Source: Eledone cirrhosa (lineage: Eukaryota). Taken from it: DNA of 64,000 nt. The notes below the pieces were generated by a model. The model did no database searches and was not told the DNA's origin. It saw only the letters and a list, made by a program, of their open reading frames with translations. Both the position numbers and the translations under genes were made by a program. The stretch lies in the NCBI GenBank assembly GCA_964016885.1, contig OZ024756.1:40052001-40116000 (forward strand), written 5' to 3'. Shown one piece after another: positions 38,039 through 48,914 of this stretch (position 1 is its first letter; each line of letters starts with the position of its first letter).

Positions 38039-38713
38039 AAATAAATATCGTTTTTTTACAAAAACAATATAAAAAAATTATAAAGGTAGGTGAAGTTAAA
38101 CAGCTCAAAATAGAGTAATTTATTATAAAAGCAACACAAAAGGCTACGTATGATACCCACTGGAAAGAGTTTTCCAAAAAGGTATATACTGTATATATAT
38201 CGATCTAGGAATGGTGCGAAACGTAAAAAGTATGAGTCGATGGGTGGGGTTACATGGTTACATAATATGACATTTCTATCATGATGATGATGATGATGAC
38301 GTTGATTATGACGACGTTGATGGTGACGATGGCGTTGATGATGACGATGGCGTTGATGATGACGATGGCGTTGATGATGACGATGGCGTTGATGGTGACG
38401 ATGGCGTTGATGATGACGATGGCGTTGATGATGACGACGTTGATGGTGACGATGGCGTTGATGATGACGATGGCGTTGATGATGACGACGTTGATGGTGA
38501 CGATGGCGTTGATGATGACGATGGCGTTGATGATGACGATGACGTTGATGGTGACGATGGCGTTGATGATGGTGACGATGTTATGATGATAAATCTAATA
38601 ATCGAGACTTCTTATGTTTACGACTACCGTCACCATTAACTACATCAAATGTTGATTTATTCATTGGTCTTGCTTGGAATAAAATAGGATTTCCAATTTC
38701 ACTGTCGGTTGTA

Positions 38714-38798
<85 letters not shown>

Positions 38799-39632
38799 TA
38801 CTTAAGCAGATGATAATATATGTGTGTATAATCTAGATCTGTGTTCCCATTATGTCAGAGTGTATTTTAGCTACATGTCAACCCTCACCGGGAATTATAA
38901 ACATCCTAGATGTTCCAGCCGTGACCATCTCCATCTGTTTCAGGGACTTTCTGTGGTATTATATTACAGCCAGTGTGTTTGTTGGGCTTTTTTCATAACG
39001 ATGAGGTATAATTTAAAGGAGATTTGGCTGCTATTTCTAGGCAGTCAAACGGAGATTTGGCTGCTATTTCTAGGCAGTCAAAGGGAGATTTGGCTGCTAT
39101 TTCTAGGCTGTCAAACGGTTAATTTCGTTAGTGTTGTTGTTTGTTCCCCATTTGGTGCTGGTCAAGTAGACATAAGAGAATCAATCCCGGCTTTATTACA
39201 AGTATAATGATTTCTGATTTAAGCATAAGGCTAACAATTTTGGGGAGACGGGAAAGTCGATTAAATCAATCCCAGTACATGACTGGTACTATATTTTATC
39301 GACCCCGTAAGGATTAAAAGCAAAGCTAACCTCAGTGGGATTGTAGATTGGACAACACTACCTAGTGTTTCCTTTTTCCTTTTTAAACTGTAAGATGACA
39401 TTTAATTTTACTGTTATTTCTAGCAGATCAACTATCGACATAAAAGTTCCTTGTATATGTAGGAGGTGGTTGTGTGTATTTGGAAATATATATATAATGT
39501 GTGTATGTGTGTGTGTGTTATTCATATATAAAAGAGGAGGCGTGTTTGTTGGATATATATTGACAAACATGTTGCGATTCTGTTGTCTTTTACTCTTATA
39601 TATATATAATAAACTATTTTATAAATTAATTA

Positions 39633-39676
<44 letters not shown>

Positions 39677-40544
39677 GTACACACAGTATGTATTACGTGG
39701 ATGCGTTTTATGTAAATCGATCGAGTGATTAAGAAGTAAGCTTCGTGACCGTGAATGAGGCTTTAGGGTTCGAATCGAAGGCTTGACATCTTACGAGTGT
39801 CTTCTACCTTAGCCTAGAGTCGACCCAAACCCTGTGAGTAAAACTGGGTAGAAGGAATCTGTGTGGAAGCCCGTCAGATGAGATACTATCTGTAATTTAA
39901 AGATACAACTTTATCACATACTGTCAATATAGCTGTACCTGAATATTTGGTTTAAAGGTAGAAGAAACCGTGGAATACACAACCATATATATAGAGATAG
40001 ATAGATATCTAATGTATAGGCAATGCAGTTGATCCAACAACTAAAATACTCATCGTCGAATACGATGGAAAACCATTTAGTATTTTTATTCATTGTTTTT
40101 ACTAGATATAAATGACAGGTTACTGACAGAGGTAGTAAGGATATATTTCGGCCGTTCACTGAACAATATGAAATCTGTTATACACAAACAAACACGTGTC
40201 TGTGTGAACGTTATATATAGATATATACACACACAAACAGTCAAATATAATATATGTGCGATATATAGGGAGAAAATCCTTCATAAACCCGTTAAAATGA
40301 ACCGATGGGTTTATAGGACAGTGAGAATGTATCAGAAATAAACAGAAACTAAAGACAGATAATTATATTAGATAAGCTACACAACGACCGAGACGGAAAG
40401 GAAATTAACCACGAATTAATTATATATATTGACACAACAATATATATTCACAACGAAATAATTCTCATAAGAAAGCCAAGCATACATTAAAATAAATAAA
40501 AGAAGAAAGCCGATGGTGTTAAAAAGTAAACTGACCTTAGTCAT
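21538..40544 (-). CDS. NSF: N-ethylmaleimide-sensitive factor (vesicle-fusing AAA+ ATPase), 22 coding exons, 741 aa
   Basis: Exons in transcript order: 40536-40544, 34590-34684, 33584-33683, 33263-33378, 32376-32524, 31004-31050, 30142-30230, 29523-29656, 29317-29383, 28732-28864, 27376-27450, 27098-27188, 26798-26872, 26319-26506, 25489-25581, 24870-25026, 24430-24563, 23976-24042, 23457-23536, 22962-23158, 22561-22612, 21538-21615. All introns GT-AG with consistent phases, total 2226 nt. Motifs: [72 protein letters not shown]2 GAPGAGKS and [16 protein letters not shown]. Confidence 0.95.
23600..23930. repeat. Minisatellite (GTGTGTA[A/G]ATAT[A/G]TAG)n in NSF intron 18
   Basis: Direct reading. 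It generates the HTYI-rich spurious ORFs. Confidence 0.9.
24699..24752 (+). other. Inverted partial copy of NSF exon 7 and its acceptor, inside intron 16
   Basis: 46/54 identity to the reverse complement of 30181..30234, with a 24-nt perfect core ACTAACAACAACTAATATTAAGTT. Confidence 0.85.
25293..25512. repeat. 44-48 bp tandem repeat (~4.7 copies) spanning the NSF exon 15 donor
   Basis: Unit on +: TTTGATAC(TTAC)TGGTTTGATATCATCCAATGAACTAATTAATTATCA. Confidence 0.9.
27716..28685. repeat. TG-rich minisatellite (GTCTATCTGT[A/G]CATGTGTG..) in NSF intron 10
   Basis: Direct reading. It explains three 300-aa Cys/Val spurious ORFs. Confidence 0.95.
30295..30475 (-). mobile_element. tRNA-derived SINE (same family as 14322)
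   Basis: On the minus strand it shows an A-box-like TGGCGGTGGATTAGCAGAATCGGTAG, a B-box-like GAGTTCAAATCCC and the shared core. Confidence 0.75.
31575..31945 (+). mobile_element. RTE-clade LINE 3' end with (GAT)n tail
   Basis: [51 protein letters not shown] followed by AAATGATGATGATGAT. Confidence 0.85.
32228..32308. mobile_element. Tc1/mariner-type mini-MITE (~80 bp)
   Basis: TA|CAGGGTGTCCCAAAA...TTTTGGGACACCCTG|TA. Other copies at ~41514..41590, 45840..45920 and 56978..57053. Confidence 0.8.
36383..36424 (-). ncRNA. Minimal hammerhead-like motif, same family as 16893
   Basis: TATT-CTGATGA-A-GGAC tagt GTCT-GAAA-CATT-AAGA. Confidence 0.55.
36850..36913 (+). ncRNA. Hammerhead-like motif with a 10-bp closing stem
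   Basis: TATATTTTAT-CTGATGA-AAACGTAC..GTACCTTT-GAAA-TATGT-ATAAAATATA. Confidence 0.6.
36936..37415. repeat. Near-perfect 240-bp direct tandem duplication
   Basis: 36936..37175 matches 37176..37415. The track shows identical 60-aa ORFs at 36952 and 37192. Confidence 0.9.
37231..37550. repeat. Perfect inverted repeat, 154-bp arms and 12-nt loop, each arm carrying a hammerhead-like motif (Penelope pseudo-LTR-like)
   Basis: Arms 37231..37384 and 37397..37550. CTGATGA at 37454..37460 and GAAA at 37497..37500 on +, mirrored at 37321..37327 and 37281..37284 on -. Confidence 0.9.
37657..37897. repeat. Inverted repeat, 81-bp arms and 79-nt spacer, overlapping a hammerhead-like motif at 37795..37846 (+)
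   Basis: Arms 37657..37737 and 37817..37897. TATGTTGT-CTGATGA-GGACGTAC tgtt GTACCTCT-GAAA-TATGT-ATAATA. Confidence 0.85.
38281..38590. repeat. 18-bp minisatellite (GATGACGATGGCGTTGAT)n derived from a GAT triplet run
   Basis: Direct reading. Confidence 0.9.
39015..39118. repeat. 33-bp tandem repeat x3 (GGAGATTTGGCTGCTATTTCTAGGCAGTCAAA.)
   Basis: Direct reading. The unit is part of a dispersed repeat also seen at ~730..750. Confidence 0.85.
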
Positions 40545-40740
40545 GGCTGGAGTAAAGACGGTTTGCGGCTGTAATGTTGGTGTTGTCTGCTGTGTGTGTG
40601 GTGCGACTAATGGCGACGTCTCTCTACTGAGTGTACGCCAGCGCTGTAGTATAGTACAGTATACTCTGGTAACGTGATCCATCGTCTGCTGCTGGTAATG
40701 TAGATGTTCGTACTTCTCGCAATTCTAGTAGTCATCGTTC
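40545..40740 (-). promoter_or_regulatory. NSF 5' UTR / proximal promoter
   Basis: Locally CpG-rich unique sequence directly upstream of ccagccATGACTAAG|gtcag. Confidence 0.55.
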
Positions 40741-40805
40741 CAATACATTTGTATTTGTGTATATAGTTATGTAGTTGTATAATTATATAGTTGTAGTGTT
40801 TTCTG

Positions 40806-40809
<4 letters not shown>

Positions 40810-40841
<32 letters not shown>

Positions 40842-41057
40842 ATAAACATACACATATATATATATATATATGTAAACATACATATATATGCATATATACA
40901 TATATATGCACACACACATATATATATGCATACACACACACACATATATATATACACATACACACACACATATATGCATACACACACACACACATATATA
41001 TATACATACACACACACGCATATATATATATATGCATATATATACACATACATACAG

Positions 41058-41089
<32 letters not shown>

Positions 41090-41280
41090 GCATATACACA
41101 TGCATACATACATACACACACACACATATATATATAAGCACATACACATGCATGTATGTGAAAGTATTATCGCAGTTTTTCCCATGCTTGCATATTTTTG
41201 CATGCACACACAAACACACACATTTATATGTGTGTGTGTGTTTGTACACATATATGTGTGTTTGTACACACATATATATC
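40810..41280. repeat. Compound (TA)/(CA) microsatellite
   Basis: Direct reading. Confidence 0.9.
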
Positions 41281-41427
41281 CTCATTATTTATTTCTATGT
41301 AAACATATATGTATGTATGTATTAATGAGCTACAGTACCCAATGTATAGTTGACCAACTGAGGGTGGATTATTCTAGAGCAGGGTGCCCTATAGGACGAC
41401 ATTGGTCAGAATGGTTTCAGTCCAGCC

Positions 41428-41477
<50 letters not shown>

Positions 41478-41598
41478 GGCCGGACTGAAACCAATTTGAC
41501 CATTATTTATATATACCGGGTGTCTCCCTAAAATGTGTATACACACTTCAACAGCATTCTAATAAAAGTGTGTATACATTTTGGGACACACACACACA

Positions 41599-41644
<46 letters not shown>

Positions 41645-41791
41645 GCAAAAAGTTCTATTTAAAATTGTTGGGATACAAGTAAATATTTTTATAACTGATA
41701 TAAAGCACTCGACAAGTATTTGGCTTCCAAAAACAATGGTTGCATTTTAATAGGGTACGTCAAAGCTTATTTGTAAAACTGTTATATATTG

Positions 41792-41852
41792 TATTTTGTC
41801 TGATGAAGGCATACCATAATTTAATTTGGTATCCCTGAAATATGTATAATGA
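41792..41852 (+). ncRNA. Hammerhead-like motif in a second copy of the Penelope-like module (~41760..42040)
   Basis: TTTTGT-CTGATGA-AGGCATACCA..TGGTATCCCT-GAAA-TATGT-ATAA, followed by (TA)n and the same TATAAGATCAAAAGATGGTTAA segment as 36991 and 37231. Confidence 0.6.
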
Positions 41853-41913
41853 AATAAATATGGTTTTATAAATATAGTTTCCATTTATTAATATCGCATA
41901 TATATATATATAC

Positions 41914-41946
<33 letters not shown>

Positions 41947-42544
41947 AGATCAAAAGATGGTTAAAAGAGTTCCGTGTATTTTATTATGCGCATTTAAAAA
42001 ACATATCATCATGCAATAACATTTGCGTTTTCGTCATATATATATATATATATAAACTTAATGATGATACTTTGACACCTCGTTCTTATTGATTATATAA
42101 TTATATGTGTGTGTGGTGGTGGTGGTGGTTATGGTGGCGGCACTGGTGGTGGTGGTGGTGCTAATGATCGTAGTGATGGTGGTTGTGGTGGTGGTGGTTG
42201 TGGTGGTGGTGGAACTGTTGTGGTGCTAGTGGATGTGATGGTGTGGTGGGTGGGACGAATTATTGGGGGCGTTATTTCTAGTTTTGGGGGTATTGTTATA
42301 AACATTGACAGTACATAGTAACAGTACTCTAAATACAAGAATATCTGACATGGACATGGTAGCAATTTATGGAAATCGATTGTAGTAGTAGTGGTGGTGG
42401 TAGTGGTAGTAGTTTAGCCCCCTAAGTCAACCCTCATCAAACACTTCTATTATTAAAGACGTTCTATCCTTGACCATCCAACCTCTTTGTATGTATATCG
42501 GCGGGGTGGGGTTGTACTACATTGTCCAGTATATTGTTTATTCA

Positions 42545-42742
42545 GTAGAGCATCGGATAAAATGCTCTGCAGCATATAGTTACGACCCTTTACGTTCTGG
42601 GTTCAAATCCCGCCGAAGTTAGCTTTGCCTTTCATCCTTACAGGGTCGATAAAATAAAGTACCAGTCACATACTGGGGTCAATTTAATCGACTTCCCCCA
42701 CCCTCAAAATTACTGGCCTTGTGCCTAAATTAGAAACCATTA
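42545..42742 (+). mobile_element. tRNA-derived SINE, near full length
   Basis: GGTTCAAATCCCGCCGAAGTTAGCTTTGCCTTTCATCCTTACAGGGTCGATAAAATAAAGTACCAG...GGCCTTGTGCCTAAATTAGAAACC. Confidence 0.8.
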
Positions 42743-43536
42743 TTTAAGGTGATGGGGTTGTGATTTGAAGAGGAACTTGACTGCTACTATTAGCAGGTAA
42801 AGCTAAGGTAGTTGTGTGTACTGATGATGTTGATGGCTGTGATGATTGTGATAGTATGATGTTGTTGTTTGACCCCCCCCCCCCTCTCTCTTTTTTTTAT
42901 CGGTGCACATACACACATACATTTACAGAGAGTAAGTCACATGCCTGAATGGTTAAATGTGGAAGGATGGGATGAGAGAATACGGGAGTTATCGATGTGG
43001 GAATGATGGACATAGTTTCTGGTTTGTAAGAATGAATGGTGAGAAGACGAGAGGAGAGGAGAAATAAAGAATACATTGTGAAGAGAGAGAGAGACGTTTA
43101 AAGTGAGAGTGGACAGGTAAATAGAGGAAAGATGGAACGAAGAAGGCAACAAAAAAGAGAGAAATACAGGAACGAGAAAGACAGAGTGAGAGTAAAGAAG
43201 TAAAACATATCCGCCCCCGCATTTCTGACACATCTCTTTATCTATCTATCTACTTAATTGTTGAATGAAATGAAACCAAGAAATGATTAATTTTTAATTA
43301 GGCAACCCTCCTCCCTCTGCCAAACAAATGACGTGTTGCAATTAAAAAGAAAGCTATAACATTGTCCTATCTTAAAACAACAGATTTCATCACTTACAAG
43401 GAAGTACTAGATATATTACAAATCTATTCAATTTCTTTTCTAAAATGTATATATGTTGATAATATATTCGACGCTATAGCAAATAGTAAAGCAATTTCAT
43501 TTGTCAACATAACCGTCATAATATTACAAATAAAAA

Positions 43537-44380
43537 CACACACAAGCAGGTAATACACACATCTAGGACCACATACAACACACAAGCAGGTAATATACAC
43601 ATCTAGGACCACATACAACACACAAGCAGGTAATACATACATCTAGGACCACATACAACACACAAGCAGGTAATACACTCATCTAGGACCCCATACAACA
43701 CACAAGCAGGTAATATACACATCTAGGACCACATACAACACACAAGCAGGTAATATACACATCTAGGACCACATACAACACACAAGCAGGTAATACATAC
43801 ATCTAGGACCCCATACAACACACAAGCAGGTAATACATACATCTAGGACCCCATACAACACACAAGCAGGTAATACACACATCTAGGACCCCATACAACA
43901 CACAAGCAGGTAATACATACATCTAGGACCCCATACAACACACAAGCAGGTAATATACACATCTAGGACCACATACAACACACAAGCAGGTAATACATAC
44001 ATCTAGGACCCCATACAACACACAAGCAAGTCATACACTCATCTAGGACCCCATACAACACACAAGCAGGTAATACATACATCTAGGACCCCATACAACA
44101 CACAAGCAAGTCATACACTCATCTAGGACCCCATACAACACACAAGCAGGTAATACATACATCTAGGACCCCATACAACACACAAGCAGGTAATACACAC
44201 ATCTAGGACCCCATACAACACACAAGCAGGTAATACATACATCTAGGACCCCATACAACACACAAGCAAGTAATACACTCATCTAGGACCACATACAACA
44301 CACAAGCAGGTAATACACACATCTAGGACCACATACAACACACAATCAGGTAATACACACATCTAGGACCACATACAACA
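43537..44380. repeat. 40-bp tandem repeat, ~21 copies
   Basis: Unit CACAAGCAGGTAATACACACATCTAGGACCACATACAACA with few variable sites. Confidence 0.95.
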
Positions 44381-44704
44381 AAAGGCAGGCGAAAGGTGGT
44401 GGACAAACGAACCGCTGACAGAGCAAATGACAAAAATATCGTGAGGAGCACAAAAAAAAATAATAAATAGTGAGGCGGGATTTCGTTTTGATTGTATATT
44501 TTTGTGTATTACATTTATAAGGTTCCGTGAATTCTATTTTTATGTGAACCATCATGATTATAATATATTTTCCTTTGTCCATTAATTGTAGTGTATATAG
44601 GTGACAGAACATATAGACAATCCTATTTAGGAGTGACCCAGGCATTCTTCTTGGGTTGAGCCTCACACTTTAGTAGATAAACGTGTGTGTGTGTTTATTG
44701 TTCC

Positions 44705-45330
44705 AACTAGTTATTACTGCATGCTAAAGCTGGCGCATTACTGCACCAGCTCCTACAATTCTTGCACTTAATTCAGCCTCCTGCCTTCCATCACTCGTGA
44801 AGATGGCCCCGAGATACTTGAACTTCTCCACTTGCTTCAGTGGAGGGTGCACTGTGTAGGCTTCCTCGAGAGGACGAGGGTCTCAGTCTTCACAGCACTG
44901 GTTTTCATTCCAGCCATGCAGCACTCGACCTCAAACTTATCGACTGCGAGTCGGAGATCACCTGAGGAATTAAGTAACGCCATGTCGTCTGCAAATTCCA
45001 GACGACTGATCTTACACCTGCCAGTCGTGATACCACCTCCAGTCCGGCTGCTCATGTAAATAATAAACAGGAGAGGTAACAGTATGAACCCTTGGTGGAG
45101 TCTGACTCCCACATTGGATGGCTTCGATTTAGCACCATTTATCTGAACACAACTACTCGGGCATTCGTTATAGCGACATCAAGAAGCTGACCATCGATCC
45201 CATACTCCTGCAGAACCTTCCACAGCAGGTCCCGAGGAAGACAGGCAGATGCCTTTTCAAGAATATACAAAACAAGAATATACCTCTTGGCAATACTTCC
45301 ACGATTTCTCGAAGAAACTGCCGGGCGAAT
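44705..45330 (-). mobile_element. Degraded RTE-clade LINE reverse-transcriptase fragment (Expander/Rex3-like)
   Basis: QGFILLPLLFIIYM..ISRLEFADDMALL..DKFEVECCMAGMK..KTE.LVLSRK, then after a frameshift QVEKFKYLGAIFTSDGRQEAELSARI. Confidence 0.88.
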
Positions 45331-46099
45331 TGTAAATATATAAAACTTTACGGGTGCATCTATGCTGAGAAAAAAATAATGAATTTTTAATTTTACAAAT
45401 TTCTACGTTTACAATTTATCTTAAATTAAAAAAGATAACGAAAATCGATGCATATCAGTGGAACTCATAAAATTTATTGATTGTTTATATATTACAAGTG
45501 TACATATTAAAACACGTGTGTTACGAAAGATGTATAAGAAGACAAAACAACCACGAATAGATCAAATAAAACATCGTAAACTATTGACTGTAACAGTCTA
45601 AGGGGAGATAATTACTTCTTTCCCCCAAATAAAACAGACGACTGAGAGAGAGAACTAGGTTTTCTCTGAGCAGATAGCGCTAACTATTAGCTTTCTGGCT
45701 TTCATTGACAATTGCTGACCTCGATACAGTACGAGCTCAGCCGTATGGCAGAAACTTATATACTACATATTTAAATATCAAGTACTAAGCTGAACAATAG
45801 TTGTACTAGTAACTCTCCATCTATCTATATGTATGTATATACAGGGTGTCCCCAAAACATGTATACACACTTCGATGAGAATGTTGTTGAAGTGTGTATA
45901 CATTTGAGGGACATCCTGTATGTATTTATATATATATAAATATCATCGTTTAATGTCCATTTTATCACGTTATGATAGGTGAGACGAGCCAGGTTAGATG
46001 ACAATGTCTTGCTCATATATATATATATATACAGAGAGAGAGAGTTCCACAACAAATTAGCAAGCCATACTCGAGGACGCATGTTTCACCTAAAGTGTA

Positions 46100-46148
<49 letters not shown>

Positions 46149-46988
46149 CACACACACATTATTGAAAACAGAGTTTATCTTGATTTGAACTCAGAACACA
46201 CAACCATATCAAATACTACACAGCATCCCATCTGACCATTTAGCAATTCTGCCAATGCATTGATACTTTATTTATTGACCCAGGAAAGATGAAAACATGA
46301 TGAGTATGAAGCCCAAAAGACTAACCCCTGTTTTAGCAGGGAAACTGGGCTTAAAACACCTACTGTATTTATGTTGTATCTAGTTTTTTGCTGACAAAAG
46401 TATGTCTTCACCTGGTTATAAATATATCCAGTCCAAGGTACCTCATTTTATGTTGTTCCAGTTCACTCAGCTGAAAATACCAGTTACTGGGGATTTAATT
46501 TGTGATAAACTGGTGTCATATCTTGAGACACTCAGTCACTTAACGACCATGACGCTAGGGTAAGTTCCACACTTAGAAAAAAAAAAAAGAGAAAAAAAAA
46601 AAAAAAAAGAGAAAAAAAAAAAAAAAAAAAATGGATATAAAAACCTAACCTCTTGTGTCGTCTACAAAATTGGGAGGAATTGATCCCACCTGAGGACAGA
46701 ACCCCACAAAATTGAGTGGTTGATGAAGCAGATATTGCTGGCTGTTCTCAGCAATACCATTGACATTTTGTCTGTATAGCTGTGATATAATACCTAGATG
46801 GATGTAGAGTCTGCAGCTTCTTCGCTCTGTAATTCTCCCTCTTTTTTTATATACAAACATTATATAATTCAATTGAAATTTGTTAAATAAAATATTCTGT
46901 GAGTAAAACAATAACTAAATCGATATTTTATTTAAATCTTCCAACATAATTTTGTATATAAACCTTCTGTTATGTTAGAAATACCATC

Positions 46989-47204
46989 TTAAACCTTTAG
47001 CATTTACATTACTCTATAGTTACTATTGTATTTTCATGGTAAAGGCTTTATCTCACATAATATCGAATCTATGAGATTTTGATGTTATTTATTTTGAGAA
47101 CAATACCTTAAAGTTGGTATGAGTGGCCAGTTAGGGATGGTTTGAACAGAAAGAGGTGAGAGAAATCTGGCCGGATATGGCCAGTTTGAATGCTAAAGGG
47201 TTAA
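46989..47204 (-). mobile_element. piggyBac-like MITE
   Basis: Reverse copy of 19089..19306 with TTAA ends. Confidence 0.78.
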
Positions 47205-48914
47205 GAATTGAAATAATTTTAGTAAATCTGTCCAAGTTGTTCAGCAATTAATTCAAAGGCAGATTATTTAATATGAAGCATTGTGAAATATGTAATTAAG
47301 TATGTATTGGGAAAGCAAATAGGAACTATAATAGTGAAACTAGAGTAGCGTAAGAATGACAAAATAGTTTGTACGCTATATATATTTCAAGGTTAAACCT
47401 TTTTCAAATGATGAAAGAAGAATCACAGTATTTTGTTCTTACGACCTATTCTTTGTGTGACTGACCATTGGTGAAAAGGTGACATGTAGTGACCAGTAAT
47501 AAGTATTCAGCTCCAGTGTTAATGTTTGGTCTATGTGTTTATAAGAAATGCCTCTTCGATTCACAGATCTACTCTAATTCCACCATCATATTTCCTATTT
47601 GCACTGTACCAGCTTTCCCAATACATTCTTAATTACAGTGCATTTTATTAGAAATATGGTAACCAAAGTTAATTAAAATTAATTAAATGCAGTAATAATG
47701 ATTAGTGAGTTTAAAAAAAAAAAGAGGAAATAAAACTAAATACCAAAATAAAAAAAAAGGCAATACCCCAGCATGGCCACAATCTAATGACTGAAACCAG
47801 TAAGAGTAAAAGACAAAGAAATAAAATTATGAATTTAAAAGACAGTTTAATATTAAAATAAAATTTAAAAAGAAATATATAAACAAAAATTAGACAATAA
47901 CAAAAAAAAGCAACTTAAAGGAAAAAATAATTGACAAAAAATTAAAATAAGTGATTGTGTTATCTAGAAAATGTTAAAACATTTTATGGCTTGTTAATGT
48001 AAATGTTTATAGTATCTTTACTGGTGGACAGATTGTGGTGGAAATCTGTTGTAAACTAAATGTCTTTATATTTAATGTGATAGAATGATGGTGCTGTTTT
48101 ATACTTTGCAAGAATAACACGCTGTGATTTATTGTGGTTGGTGTTAGGAAAGACATCCAGCTGTAAAAACCACGGTCAAATTTACTGTCTCACCAGAGCA
48201 AGGTACGGTGAGGTCAATCCTGGTCAGTCATGTCTCGACTTGGACGGCCCTTCTGACCCATGCAAGCATGGAAAAAAAATGGACGTTAAACAGTGATGAT
48301 GATGATGGTGACTGGACGTTAAAAGTTAAAGATCCTGACCATCATCAGCAACTGACCGTAGGAAGATACAATCCATTGACCAAAGAAAATCAACAAGAAA
48401 GCCATGTGGGGGCAAACCAACCAGAGATCAAATGAAAAAAAATAGGGCTGAATTGAACACTTAATGATAAGGGCTCTTACACAACATCACCAAGTAGTGG
48501 GACCTCCAGGGCAAAAGAGAGAAAATCTAAGGAATTCCTGGCAACATTGCCTGTTATATATTTAAAAATATGTCCCAAGCTTGGAGGTTCATCAGGCCAG
48601 AGCTTATTTCTGTTTCATTGACATTTAAGTGACTGATGATACAAGACCCCTTCCCCCTGGACAGGACACCAGTCCATCATGAGGTTAACCCCTTCCTACT
48701 GCTGGTACTCATTTTCAGCTGAGTTGACTGAAGCAACATGAAGTGATGTGTTTTGCTTAAGAATATGTGTCACCCAGTCCATGAATTGAACCCAAAACAT
48801 TATGATTGTAAACTCAATGCTTTAATCACTAGTTTATACACTCAGGTGTAAATATAACTAAACATTACTACAACCTTTGAAAATAGAAACTCACCTGGAC
48901 AATTTTAATCTCTG

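Noticed and set aside
38281-38586. Met-rich 101-aa ORF (reflectin-like idea)
   Set aside because: It is a pure 18-bp minisatellite with no reflectin motif.
40607-41531. Cluster of long Tyr/Ile/His/Cys ORFs upstream of NSF
   Set aside because: They are translations of TA/CA microsatellites.
43537-44380. 40-bp array as CRISPR or as repeated splice donors (CAG|GTAATA)
   Set aside because: There are no unique spacers and no plus-strand exon is recognisable upstream.
46660-46763. Plus-strand frame with an in-frame TGA before VVDEAD (selenocysteine or DEAD-box idea)
   Set aside because: No start codon or splice context, no other helicase motifs, and no SECIS seen.
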